Origin: Octopus sinensis
Taxonomy: Eukaryota
DNA: 64,000 bases
Reading direction: 5' to 3'
Assembly (NCBI RefSeq): GCF_006345805.1
Contig: NC_043009.1
Coordinates: forward strand, 61,504,001 to 61,568,000
A program made the translations under genes and the position numbers. Shown here piece after piece: positions 37,216 through 49,612 of this stretch; position 1 is the first letter of the stretch; each line of letters opens with the position of its first letter. The notes under the pieces were generated by a model that was not told the origin of the DNA, did no database searches, and was given only the letters and a program-made list of their open reading frames with translations.

Positions 37216-37569
37216 TATCTCTCTTCCTGTCTTCCACCTCTACTATCTACCCTCTCCTCTCTCTCTCTATCTCAGAGAGAGACAAGTACTATGTATCTGT
37301 GTCTCTAAGTTCAACGAGTTCTTGTTTTGTTTATTTAAGATTTTCTTGAGTTTTTCTTTTTTAAAGTTTCGGGGGTCTGTTTTATTGTTACTCAACTCCT
37401 CACACATTCCGTACTTAAATATTGTGTGTCACATATTGGGAGCAGTGGGGGAGGAGACTATTAATTATTATTATAATAAAAGAAACCATTATTATCAATA
37501 TTCTCCAAGTATATTTTGTTAAAAAAGGTAGGTGAGGGTGGTGATCGCGACCCGAACGAATGGCCTTAC

Positions 37570-37705
37570 TTTTCAGCATGTGCCCTGCAAACCGAGGAAT
37601 ATACAGCTGAGAGAAAGCACTCTTCTTGGTAGTCATTGTGTTCCTGGATCTGTAGGGTTCCTTGATTGGCCCTAGACGACGGGCTCCTTTATGGGTTTTC
37701 ATCAT
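37570..37705 (-). CDS. Candidate first coding exon MMKTHKGARRLGPIKEPYRSRNTMTTKKSAFSQLYIPRFAGHMLK
   Basis: ATG to AAAA|GTAAGG donor (37564-37569), 45 codons plus 1 nt; complex sequence amid low-complexity DNA. No homology recognised. Confidence 0.35.
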
Positions 37706-38983
37706 ATATATATATCTACATTGTGTATTTTTTTTATTCCATTTCATTCGGGGTTTTTTATGTACCCTCCCTTAACTTTATTTTCTGTAACCTTTCCATA
37801 TAACAATAATACCTCCTTCTTCATTCGCCCAGTTTGTGGCAGAAATAAAGAAAATATTATCAGTTTTAAATTTGCAGACGGTATATGCAAATAATTGTCT
37901 TGATCGTGTGTATTTATGATGTCCCTAATATAATGTTGCCATTTGAGTCTTAAATCTGAACTAAATTCTCTCGCACCCCCCTCTCTCTCTCTACACACAC
38001 ACACTTATTATAATGGTTTTGAGTATAACTCTGAAGATCGATCTAGATAAATTCAATATACACATGTTAAAAGTGATCATATATATTTCACTGAGAATTA
38101 ACACAAGCACACACACATATACGCGTGTAAATGTGTGTGTGTGTATATATGAGTGTATGTATGTATATATAATATATATATATTATATATTTATTTTATA
38201 TACATACATATATATTACATATATATGTTGTATGTGTGTATATGTATGTACGTATGTAAGTTATATGTGTGTGAAAGTTAAAGGAGAGAGCAGCCATGCC
38301 AATGAAACAGTACAGTTAGATTTAACAAACCGCCTTCTTTCTTGCTTTTTAAAACAGCTCAAAATGAAAAACGTTGCTCATTTTCTACACTTCTCATCAC
38401 CCCAATGAATTACACAGTACATTATATATACTTATATATACACACTATATATATAGTGTGTGTGTGTTCACAGAGTTGTGAAGGTATGCAATAGGCAAGC
38501 TTTTCAATGAAAGCAATGCTTTGCTACTTTCACCAAAGAACGGTTTCTCTCTCTCACACACACACAGGCGCTCTTGACTTGGCTGCCTTGCTCTGTCTCT
38601 TGGCTTTTCTCGACGAAATATCTTTCCATCAACTCGACTTCTTAACTGAAAAATTAATTATTTTAAGCTATATATTTACAAGATTTTATCACATACACAC
38701 ACGCGCACAAGACTATGCTTGTATGTATGTATATATCTTTATATTTATATGTATATATATATATATTTATCGACTTATTGCCGTGCCTTTGCGTACAGTC
38801 ATTCATACACCGTGTTACGTATCATACATATATTGTTGCTGCTGCTCATTGTTGGTTCTGTTTGTTTTTATTATTTACCGCGATTAATATCGCTCACACA
38901 TTTCCATCAACAATCGCACACACGCATGCAATTATCAGAAGATACTCCCCTCCCACTTTAATTACAGTATGTAAATTAATTAC

Positions 38984-39190
38984 CAAAGCTTGGTAGAAAA
39001 CTGTATATGCGTGTACACGCACAAACGTATGTATGTGCGCACACACACGCACGCACTCGCGCGCGAAGTCGATGATTCATTCTTCTGAGCTACTCGGAGT
39101 TTCTCGCAATATGCTTGCTTGTTCGGGTTTTTTCTTTCTCTTATTGCGCAAAACTCCGAGTTGCCACAGAGTGAATCATCAACTTTTATA
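38984..39190 (-). promoter_or_regulatory. Putative TATA promoter and non-coding first exon
   Basis: TATAAAAG at 39183-39190 on -, CA about 28 nt downstream, CpG-rich body, TTG|GTAATT donor at 38978-38983. Confidence 0.45.
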
Positions 39191-40136
39191 CAAACATATA
39201 AACTCTGATTTTATTGTTAGAACCCTCTTATTTTTCTCGTTTTGTAACCCCCAAACGTGGTGCGTGTGTGTAATCACGCACTCACGTTCAGAATAAAACG
39301 TTCCATGATTTTAATAATAATTATTAAAAAAATTATTCCCCCAAAATATTTTTTTAATCTAAATTTTCTTTTCATAGGTTTTTTACCTATCTTGTTACTT
39401 GTAGGTAATGATCTAAGTTACAGCAATAATATCTAGCTTGTTTAGTTTCCCAGGTCAGCTATGTCTGAGCGAATCTACGATCAAAGGCATTCCAGAAATG
39501 ACAATCCCGTCCTCCTCTCGTGCTTTGTGTATCTAGGACTACATTCTCTAGTATGTGTTTGCCCTTTCGAGACACCTTAAAGTGTAATTTCGGTGCTATT
39601 TCAGGCAGGTTCAGCGACCACATAAAGCTCTCTCGTTGGCCAGTAATACATTATAATAATCAACCACACTAATTATACATGGTCATGGAGATGTTTAGCT
39701 TATATCATCATTATCAAGAATGACTTTGGCTGGACAACACAGTGTCTCTCGCCTCAGTCATTCATTATGTGATATACAATAGAGAACAGAACCCATCCGA
39801 AAGTTTGTTGTTTGTGCGTGGCATGGTGGCTTTTACAGTTGGACGCTTTTCCTCTCACCAACCATTTCCACTGAGATGTGCTTGGTGCATTTTATCATGT
39901 CACCGGCACTGGAGGAATTGTTTGCGATAGGAATATCAGTTTTTCTTCAGAAATACTGCTGTCCTTATCAATGTATACACGCACGCACAATTATACAGAC
40001 ATTTAATTGTGTTTAGAGTTCCATTTATTGTATAAAAAGGTTACTTTATTTTTCAGAGTTATTGGAATATTATGAAAATGAATCCTATTTCTGCCCACCC
40101 TTACACACGCCCCCTTTGGTCCCTTCGTATTAGCTG

Positions 40137-40508
40137 TGAGTGGCTGTGTGGTAAATAGCTTGCTTACCAACCACATGGTTCCGGGTTCATTCCCACTGCG
40201 TGGCACCTTGGGCGAGTGTCTTCTACTATAGCCTCGGGCCGACCAAAGCCTTGTGAGTGGATTTGGTAGACGGAAACTGAAATAAGCCCGTCGCATATGT
40301 GTGTGTGTGTGTCGGTTTGTCCCCACCCCCAACATCGCTTGACAACCGATGCTGGTGTGTTTACGTCACCATAACTTAGCAGTTCGGCAAGAGACCGATA
40401 GAATAAGTACTAGGCTTACAAAGAATCAGTCCTGGGGTCGATTTGGTCGACTAAAGGCGGTGCTCCAGCATGGCCACAGTCAAATGACTGTAACAAGTAA
40501 AAGAGTAA
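40137..40508 (+). mobile_element. SINE family A, full length
   Basis: Complete head to tail; more diverged copies at ~41195-41590, 45425-45585, 47528-47695. Confidence 0.9.
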
Positions 40509-42235
40509 GGAATTGGTTAATGTTTGGTTGTAGCCTTAAATATAAAATCAAGAAATGTGAGTACAAGACATTAGGATGTTGGCTTGGTATCACCATGGTT
40601 ACTAGATGATAAAAAATTTAATTTTTATCATATTTAAATAATCTTGTTTTGTCCCTTTGTGTTCTGAATTCAGTCCTTCCTCAGATCAATTTTTCTATCT
40701 TATCCTGTAGTTCATTGTCAATGAAGCAACAGCCAAGTACTTGTTTTGGTTAATGCTGTTGATGTCTCTGATGATGACTGTCGGAAGTCTTGTTGCTTAG
40801 CCCCAGGCTATGGTCACTGATCAAAGGCACACTAGCCATACCCACTCACTGATGTGTGCTTCCCTCTTTCAAGAAGGTAGTGTGATATGAGAGAGAGACT
40901 TGCTGTTATTTCTAGCTAGCTGTACAACCACAGAGAGGTTCATGTCAGACGTGTGTCAACCGTGTTCCCACACCTCATTCTAATAAACTGTTCTAAATAT
41001 GTTTTATCTGTTGTACATAATAATGGTCAAAACAATCACTGTTTAGGGGGTTCAAAGCTGTGCTCCTAAACAAATGATGCATTGATGTCTTCCTCCAGTA
41101 TTGATCAGCTTTGCAGGGTTCAGCTAAAACAATCCATTTTCTTTTCATGTTCAAAGTATTTTAAATAATTATTGTCATGTAGATTTAAGTGCAGACATGG
41201 CTGTGTAGTTAAAGAAACCTGCTTTGTTACCACATGGTTTCGGGTTTGGTTCCACTGTGTTGCCTGTTTGATAAGTGTCTCCTGCTACAGCCCTAACTGA
41301 CCAAGGTCTTGTGAGTGGATTTGGTTGATGGAAACTGTTTAAAAGCCCGTTGTGCACATGTGTGTGTGTGTGTGTCTTTGTGTTTATGCCCCCATGTCGC
41401 TTAACAACTGGAACCGGTTTGTTTACATTCCTATAACTTAGCAGTTCAGCAAAAGAGACTGATAGAGTAAGTATTAGACTTCAAAGAAGTACTGGGGGTG
41501 GGGGCAATCCATTCAACTGAAACCCTTTAAAGCAATGCCCCAGCATGGCCGCAGTCCAGTGATTGAAACAGTAAAAAAGTAAAAGAAAGCTGGATTGATT
41601 ATGTTTTGTAAGACTTCAAGTTTAGGCTAAGATCCTGCTTTTGTTGTATGGGTGGACAGATCGTAGGAAGTGATTTGATTGATTTACTTGTGTTAGGTAG
41701 AGAGCCGATATGTTGGAGTGGCTGGAATATTGGTTAGTGGCTCCTTCAGTAAGCTCAGAATGTAATGTAGAAGCTGAACTTCTATTAGTTCAGCTATGGT
41801 TAAGCTATCATACTCTGCTGGTTGATGAAGTACTGTGTTGACTGCGGTGTGTTAGCATCGAATGGTTAAAAACTGGGTTGTCATCTCATCACAGACAACA
41901 CCTCTGTGTTCATTGACAAGATTGATTAATATAATTACCTCAGTCTGCTTTACTGTAAAGAAAGAGTGGAAATTCTTCATTTGTTCCATTTTTTTAGTTT
42001 CTTTTTTTTATTGCTTAGACAGGAAGGAAAAATAGATGCTAATAAACCCAAGGTCTAGGAGACAGGTGAAAGGAAAGGTTGGCTGGAGGAGAAAACTTAT
42101 CCACAGACCAAAGACCTGGCTCAAATATTTGCAATGGAATTCCTCTAAAGACACTCATGGACAAAAGGGTAGTACCAAACGACAGATCAAGTCTGCTACC
42201 CAAGAACTGAGAAGGCAAAGAGTTGGAACAAATAT

Positions 42236-42496
42236 TGTCTGTGCCGGTGGCACGTAAAGAGCACCAACCGATCGTGGCTGTTGCCAGCCTCACCTGGCAC
42301 CTGTGCCAGTGGCACATAAAATGCACCCACTACACTCACGGAGTGGTTAGCATTAGGAAGGGCATCCAGCTATAGAAACACTGCCAGATCAGACTGGAGC
42401 CTGGTGCAGCCTCCTGGTTTCCCAGACCATGGTCGAACCGTCCAACCCATGCTAGCATGGAAAGCGGACGTTAAACGATGATGATGATGATGATGA
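42236..42496 (+). mobile_element. SINE family B with (GAT)n tail
   Basis: ...gaaagcggacgttaaacgatgatgatgatg. Confidence 0.88.
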
Positions 42497-43311
42497 TTGA
42501 ACTGCATTTATCCAAATTATCTAACAATTTCTTCAATCCCTCTCTTTGTTTTATTAATCTTGAAAGAACAAAAGGCAAAAGCGACTGTTTACAATGATTT
42601 CCAACAAATGGAATGCAATTGTTGTGAGGGTAGATTGCACAACTACAGATCACATTATCTGGAGTTCAAACCTTGTAGCTAATGAAGGTACTCTGCTTTT
42701 CTCAGCTCAGTTTGCCTAACTGACAGTAGAGATTAAGAAACTCTCTCATTTCATAATTGAATGGTAGGCATCCAGCTGTTTGGAAATATTTACTCTTCTG
42801 GCAATCCACACATGATGTTATGTTTTTGTTTGCCTCTGAATGGCTTACAACAGGTACCATTTCCATTTCAAGCTTTACACACAATTGCTTCCACCCTTTA
42901 GGGAAAATGATCAAATTTTGAAGAACAACCTTACTCATGTTAGATTCAAAAATGTCCACCATCTTGTACAAAGTGTCATGGTATGTTGGAGTTCGTCTAT
43001 ATTGAGACATCTGCCCTCCTGGGTGGGATGATAGTATATTATAAATTTTGTTCTTATGAACATTTTACTAATGAAATACCAGCTTACTATAGAGAATCTT
43101 TGTCTTTTCACAGTGGTGCATTGTGCCTCATCATGATGCTGCCTATTTTGTGGTTATTTGGGAGTTACCTGAGTAGACCAGCAGTATTTGTGGTTGATTG
43201 ATGACAATACTCTATTGGTTTGATCAGCTCTGACTCTATCACAGGAGAAGCTGGTTCTAAGAAGGCTACAAAGGAAATTCAAAATGAACATAGTGTTGAT
43301 ACTGATTTTAA

Positions 43312-43532
43312 CCCTTTAGTGTTTAAACCGGCCAAATCCAGCCCAATATATTCTACATGTTTTATATTCAAACTGGCAATATCCAGCCTCTCACTCCTAA
43401 CCTACAATGCCATTCTGAAAATTAACAATCACATCATTGAAACCTCAAAGCTATAAGATAATGCATGATTAATTCAAAACAATTTGAGTGAAAAATTATT
43501 ACATTTAACAGAGTAATCTGAACACTAAAGGG
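43312..43532. mobile_element. piggyBac-like MITE (family C)
   Basis: TTAA 43308-43311, CCCTTTAG...CTAAAGGG, TTAA 43533-43536; 221 bp. Confidence 0.88.
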
Positions 43533-44133
43533 TTAAACAACCCTTTTCATTCTAAAGGATTTTATTAATGATGTTTAAAGGTTTGACCTTTCTTTCCTTA
43601 GTCTGCAGGACTGACCTGGAAAGAAAACTGAGTCCTGGTTCAGTAGTTAGTGACCTCCTAGGGGAGATCTTGCTGTTAAATTAGTGCTTCTTTGCATTTG
43701 TGCCTGTGTTAGCAGTGACAACTTAGTATAACAGTATGAAGAGGAGTAGAAAAAAAAAGCTTGGTTCTTGTTTTGTTAGTCCTTGATATAAGAAGCTGGT
43801 GCTTTAGAGGGTGAGTTGTGATGATGTGATCTTTCCCAGTGGAATTAATAACCGTGTGTGTGCAGCTGTTCCAGCCAGGAACTAAAATCTGTTTATTGAC
43901 TCCACACAATGACACACCTCACTGCTCATCACAACTAGCAGCTTCCTTTGAAGGTGAGCCACTGAAATAGCCTTTTCACAGTTGGTCAATCTTCTAGGAA
44001 TAGCAATCAAATAAAGTCTTCCTGTCTTAAAAAAAATACATTGGATAATGTAGTCATGTCTGGATAAAAGATATGGGATGGTCATGAGTGAAAGGTCTTT
44101 GATTCTAGATTTGTTCAACCAGAGCTGATTTAA

Positions 44134-44353
44134 CCCTTAAGCATTTGAACCAGCTATTTCCAACCCAAATATTCTACCTTTTTATGTTCAAACCAGCCAC
44201 ATCTGGTTTCTCACACCTACTCTTACAATGTTACTTTAAAAATAAGCGATTAGATCTTTGAAATCTAAATGCTGCAAGATAATACATGATTAATTTTTTA
44301 AAATGCAAACAAATATGTATTACATTTGACAGAGTAATCTGAATGCTAAAGGG
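44134..44353. mobile_element. piggyBac-like MITE (family C)
   Basis: TTAA 44130-44133 and TTAA 44354-44357; 220 bp. Confidence 0.85.
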
Positions 44354-46323
44354 TTAATGGTAAATAATAACTCTTTTGTGAAAAGCACAAGATACCCCAT
44401 CCTTATTGAGAGAGAACAAGGGAGAATGTTATTGATTCAGTGTATTAATAGTACTTATTGACCATCATGTTATGGAAAACAACGTTAGTTCCCAGCATAC
44501 TTATTCTCTGTTGCTGGGTAAAAGTGAGACATGTAGACTAAACAGGACCTCTTGACAAAAGCTTGTTTTTTCAAACCATGAGAGTTGCTGGTCCTTCACT
44601 TCATCTGTTTGGCCTGTGTTATATTTACATATATATTTTTCTAGTGGTGTTCTCTTACGTGTCTGGACAGCCTGCAAGTCTACAGGTTGTTGTTTAAGGC
44701 CAGTCTTGAAGGAGAAAACTGTGTGACCAAATATATTCTGTCCATGAACATCTTGTCTTATTTCTGACATGTTTTATTTACACATTTAGGACAGTTGATA
44801 TAGACTTAGTTAACAACTCTCAGCAAATATGTCTCTTTTCCACTTGATACTTAGCATACAAATATAAAATTGTACATTGATTACCATATCCTAAAAATCA
44901 AGCTGTTTATTACAGTATTTTATGAGACATGTGGCTTAATAGGAATATATTTGCTTTGGTCCTTGTATATTACTGTGTGTGCTTAGTGGGAATACAATTT
45001 GAACCCCAACTTTTGCTTATCACTTGTGTTTTATTGCCTCTTTTGTAGCAATGTAGGTAATTTGAACTCAAGGTGGTTCTAAAATTGTCATCCAAATTTC
45101 ATTCCTAAGAATAAATAAAATATAAATAGATACAGGTTATTGGATTGTTTATAAACAAATTGTACAAGGTGAACTATCTGGTTGAGTGGTTTGGTGGTGG
45201 TGGTTGAAAGTAAAATATTAGGTGCTTTAGTAATGGTTGGTCACAAGTTCCCATCCCATGTCTCAGTTTACCCGGCTGCAGATTAGACACAAATTTATGT
45301 ATTATTCTCTTTAAACTGATAACCTATATATTTCAATGTAGCACACATAGGTGAAATAAATATTCAACACTGGGTTTCTTGTATTGTTGTGTTCTATTTG
45401 GCTGTTTTATATAATAAGTGGCTACAGGTATGGCTGTCTGGTTAACAAGTGTGCTTTGCAACTGCACAGTTTGGGCTTTAGTCTCACGGAGCGGTACCTT
45501 GAGCAAATGTCTTCAACCATAACAGCTTTGGTTCAACCAAAGCCTTCATTGAAAATTCTGTAGAAACTGTGTGGAAGCCCATCTGAAGGACCACTTCTGG
45601 TCTTTGTCCTTAGCTACCAAGTGTTAAGGTCTTTGGTCTAAGGATAATTTTGTCTCTCTTTCTCACCATTTACAAACATCTTCAGAAGTGTTGTGTTGCT
45701 CTTTTGTCTTAGAGTCAGTCTCTCTCTTTCTCTCTTCTCATGTATGTATATATGTGATAGCTGGTATTACGAAGGGCATCCAGCTGTAAAACTCCTGCCA
45801 AAACAGACAGTGAAGCCTGGTTCAGTTTTCTGCCTAGCCCCTGTCAAACTATCCAGTTCATGCCTGCATGGAAAACAAAATCATTATTTAGCATCCTTTA
45901 TCCGTGTGTGTGTGGTGTGTGTGTATATATATATTTATATATATATATACATACATACACACACACATACACGTATATATACATATGTATATATAAAGTA
46001 AAAGCCAACATTGGCTTGGCTGTTTGAAGCTTGCATCCAAGCATAGAGAATCTTCCATCTGACCCATGCAAGCATGGAAAATTGGATATTAAATGATGAA
46101 ATATTCAGTAATAGTCAACATTATCTTACTATTTATAATCATTATACCCATCAATGGATGTTTTCTTCCATTAAATTAAGTGGAATGGGAAATGTAATAT
46201 TCCTGTCATTTTCTAGATAATTATTAGCAATATATATAGGAATTAGCTGACTGAATACAATTTGTCATAAGTTGGGGCTGGATTTGAACATTCGATCATA
46301 AGGTTAGTAGGTTTTTAACTTAA

Positions 46324-46523
46324 CCATTTGATACCAACCTGCCTGAGACTGCCTGGTTCTTGTTTAAAACTGATCTACATTGAAATCTTCCATCAAAATT
46401 TCATGTTAAATTCTGTTCCAAATTCCAGTTCCACAGTGAGTTATTTTACTAAATTCTTTGTTATCTCCAAAATTAATTTAAACAACGACAGCATACTTCA
46501 ACCAAAATATGGGAACAGAAAAG
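46324..46523. mobile_element. piggyBac-like MITE (family D-related, inverted)
   Basis: TTAA on both sides; internal gttattttactaaattctttgttat is the reverse complement of the family D core. Confidence 0.7.
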
Positions 46524-47285
46524 TTAAGCTACATCTAATTTTTACAAATTATGATTTAAGATTCAGTTTGTTAAATTTTAGTTATTGTCTCTCTTCATCT
46601 CATCACCATTAAATTCAGTTTACATGTAATTTGGGGGGGGGGGTGTTAGAGAAATAAAAGAGGATATTGTAGTATTATATTTTGATCTACACTTTTGAGT
46701 TCAAATCCTGCTGAGACAACTATTGATATTTAGTGATCCCCACGAAATTAAATAGAAATTATTTTCACTGAGATCACTAAATATCAATAGTCAAATATTA
46801 ATTTGACTATTAATTTAATTTGCTTTACCTTTCTTTCTACACAATATACAATTATGTGCCAATATTGCTTATCATGGGACAGACCAGACTATCAGATGTT
46901 AGACATCACTGACCACAATACACTTTGCATCATTTTAGCCTTCAAATGATACCATCCTGCTGGCTAGGTGGTGAGCAGGCCAACATTTCCCCTCGGTCAG
47001 AAGGGGGACTGTAGCAATGTATAATAAAGTGTTTTACTCGAGAACACAACGCCACTGCTGGTCTAGGAATCGAACCCACGATCTAGCGAGTGTGAGTGCA
47101 ACAGCTTAACCACTGGACCACAGTAATAGAGAGATAAGATACCTGATATTTTATATTTTAGTATGATTCTTCTGAGTTCCTATTTGAGACAGACCCAGAC
47201 TTTGTATAGAAGATAAGTGTCATTTACATTTGTTTAGTGAGATCATTTCTTTGTTTACCTTTTATCAGTTCCTGTTGCATTTCAG

Positions 47286-47383
47286 CGGATGTGTCTTACA
47301 GTGGAGATTATTTATCAGAATGTTTGATTCCATCTGGTCATATCACTTTTGGTTATGAAGATGGAATGAAAAAAGAAAAAAAA
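47286..47383 (+). CDS. Candidate orphan internal exon (x)DVSYSGDYLSECLIPSGHITFGYEDGMKKEKK
   Basis: Strong acceptor ttcctgttgcatttcag|, 98 nt, open in phase 1 to 0, AAA|gtattg donor; no family recognised. Confidence 0.35.
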
Positions 47384-47739
47384 GTATTGTATTTCGTGTA
47401 CTGACAAACACAGTTTGAATGGCAGAGAAAATATGCATTGGAATTAACGAATATAATAAGCTGGTATGGTAATGGTCATACTGAGGGCCACCATCAGTTT
47501 ATTAAATAATTTAAAGAATAGGCACAAACGTGGCTGTGTGATAAGAAGCTTACTCCTCAACCACATGGTTGTGGGTTCAGTTCCACTGCCTGACACCTTG
47601 GGCAAGTGTCTCCTACAATTTCTACAATAGCCTCAGCAGACTAAAGCCTTGTGAGTGGATTTGGTAGACAGAAATTGAAAGAAGCCTGTCATATATATAT
47701 GTTGTTGCTATTATGTTAAACTGTTGTATGTCCAAATTT

Positions 47740-47945
47740 GGCCAGATGCATTTTTTTTTTCAATATTTATTTTTGCTTGCAATAGCCGGTTCTTTTGGTC
47801 AAACTATCGTATTTCAACCTTCTTCAGATGCTAAGATATCAAAAATTGTCAAAATGTAGCACAATGGTTTTGCTATGGAATGGGGAAACTATTTTTTCAT
47901 CTTCTGAAAAAAGCAACATTTTGGACTTATGACACTTTTGAATAA
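47740..47945. mobile_element. Mariner-like terminal fragment
   Basis: ttggacttatgacactttttgaataa resembles mariner TIR interior. Confidence 0.35.
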
Positions 47946-47957
47946 TAGCAGCGATAC

Positions 47958-48250
47958 ATCTATATATATAAAACTGAGAATGTCTGTCAGTCTGTCTGTA
48001 TATGTGCATCACTAAAACTCAAGAACTACCTAAATGATTTCATTCAAATTTTACACATGGCTTTACTTAGAGTCCATGGAGTGTCATGGGTCAAAAAAAA
48101 TTTTCAACTACTTGAGTAATACATGCCCAGAGCGATCTCTTACCTCTTACACTGTTTCGGTATTATGTGTCAAAAGTGAAACAATAACATCTCTATTGTA
48201 ATGTGATATAATACTTTTACTAATATATGATTTCAATTACTTTCACTATG
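47958..48250 (+). mobile_element. Helitron-like non-autonomous element, 5' part
   Basis: Starts TCTATATATATAAAA followed by (TGTC)n, a common Helitron-family 5' pattern; 3' hairpin and CTAG not identified. Confidence 0.4.
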
Positions 48251-48596
48251 TGTGTGTGTGTGTGTATATATACACACACACACACACACACACATATGTG
48301 TTTCAGTATGTATTTATTTACATTTGTATACGTGTGTATGTATATGTGTGTATATATGAGTATGTATGTATATGTATATATGTGTATGTATGTATATGTA
48401 TATGTGTATGTATGTATATGTATATATGTGTATGTATGTATATGTATATGTGTGTATATGTGTGTATATATATGTATATATGTGTGTATATATATGTATG
48501 TATATATATATATATTCATGTATGTATCTGTATTTATGTGTATATATATATGTATATATAAATGTGTATATATTTATGTTTGTATATATGTGTGAA

Positions 48597-48644
<48 letters not shown>

Positions 48645-48980
48645 CGGGTATAGCTGTGTGCAAAGAAGCTTGCTTGCCAACCACATGGTTCTGTGTTCAG
48701 TCCCACTGTGTGGCACCTTAGGCAAATGTCCTAGCTTGTTCCGACCAAAGCCATGCCAGTGGATTTGGTTGACAGAAACTGAAAGAAGTCTGTCGTATGT
48801 TTGTCTGTGTTTGTCCCCACCACCATTACTTAGAAACCAATGTTGGCGTATATACATCCCTCTAACTGCTGTTTGGCCTGAGGCTTACAAAGAATAAGTC
48901 CCAGGGGTTGATTTCTTCAACTAAAAGGCGGTGCTTCAGCATGGCCACACTCAAATGACTGAAACAAATAACAGAGTAAA
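48645..48980 (+). mobile_element. SINE family A (diverged)
   Basis: Head, linker and tail recognisable. Confidence 0.85.
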
Positions 48981-49018
48981 TATGTAATATTTATATATAT
49001 GTATATCATCATATATAT

Positions 49019-49069
<51 letters not shown>

Positions 49070-49199
49070 TACATATATATGTGTGTATATATATATTTAT
49101 ATACACACATATATGTGTGGATGTATATGCATATACATATTTGGATGTATGTGTGTGTGTATATGTATATATATATATGTGTGTATGTGTGTGTGGATA

Positions 49200-49612
49200 T
49201 ACTCTTACTCTTTACTTTCTTTTACTTGTTTCAGTCATTTGACTGTTGTGGCCATGCTGGAGCACCACCTTTAGTTGAGCAAATCGACCCCAGGAATTAT
49301 TCTTTGTAAGCCTAGTACTTATTCTATCGGTCTCTTTTGCTGAACCGCTAAGTTACCAGGGATGTAAACACACCAGCGTCGGTTGTCAAGCGATGTTGTG
49401 GGGACAAACACAGGCACACATACATGTATGTATATATATACATATACATATATATGACAGGCTTCTTTCAGTTTCCATCTACCAGATCCACTCACAAGGC
49501 TTTGGTCTGCCTGAGGCTATAGTAGAAGACACTTGCCCAAGGTGCCACATAGTGGGACTGAACACGGAACAATGTGGTTGGTAAGCAAGCTACTTACCAC
49601 ACAGCCACTCCT
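49200..49612 (-). mobile_element. SINE family A, full length
   Basis: Reverse complement of family A; further partial + copies at 49745-49965 and 50020-50210. Confidence 0.9.

Noticed and set aside
39452-39551. + strand exon MSERIYDQRHSRNDNP... with GTATGT donor
   Set aside because: Sequence is a decayed SINE family G tail (gatcaaaggcattccag...ggactacatt).
42702-43010. 102-aa - strand ORF with HD...CVDCQKSK resembling a Gypsy integrase zinc finger
   Set aside because: HHCC spacing is wrong and no DDE region or LTR is seen; cannot be supported without an HMM search.
47238-47260. TGAGATCATT, bantam-like 5' end
   Set aside because: Match ends after 10 nt and there is no hairpin; it lies in a polypyrimidine tract.
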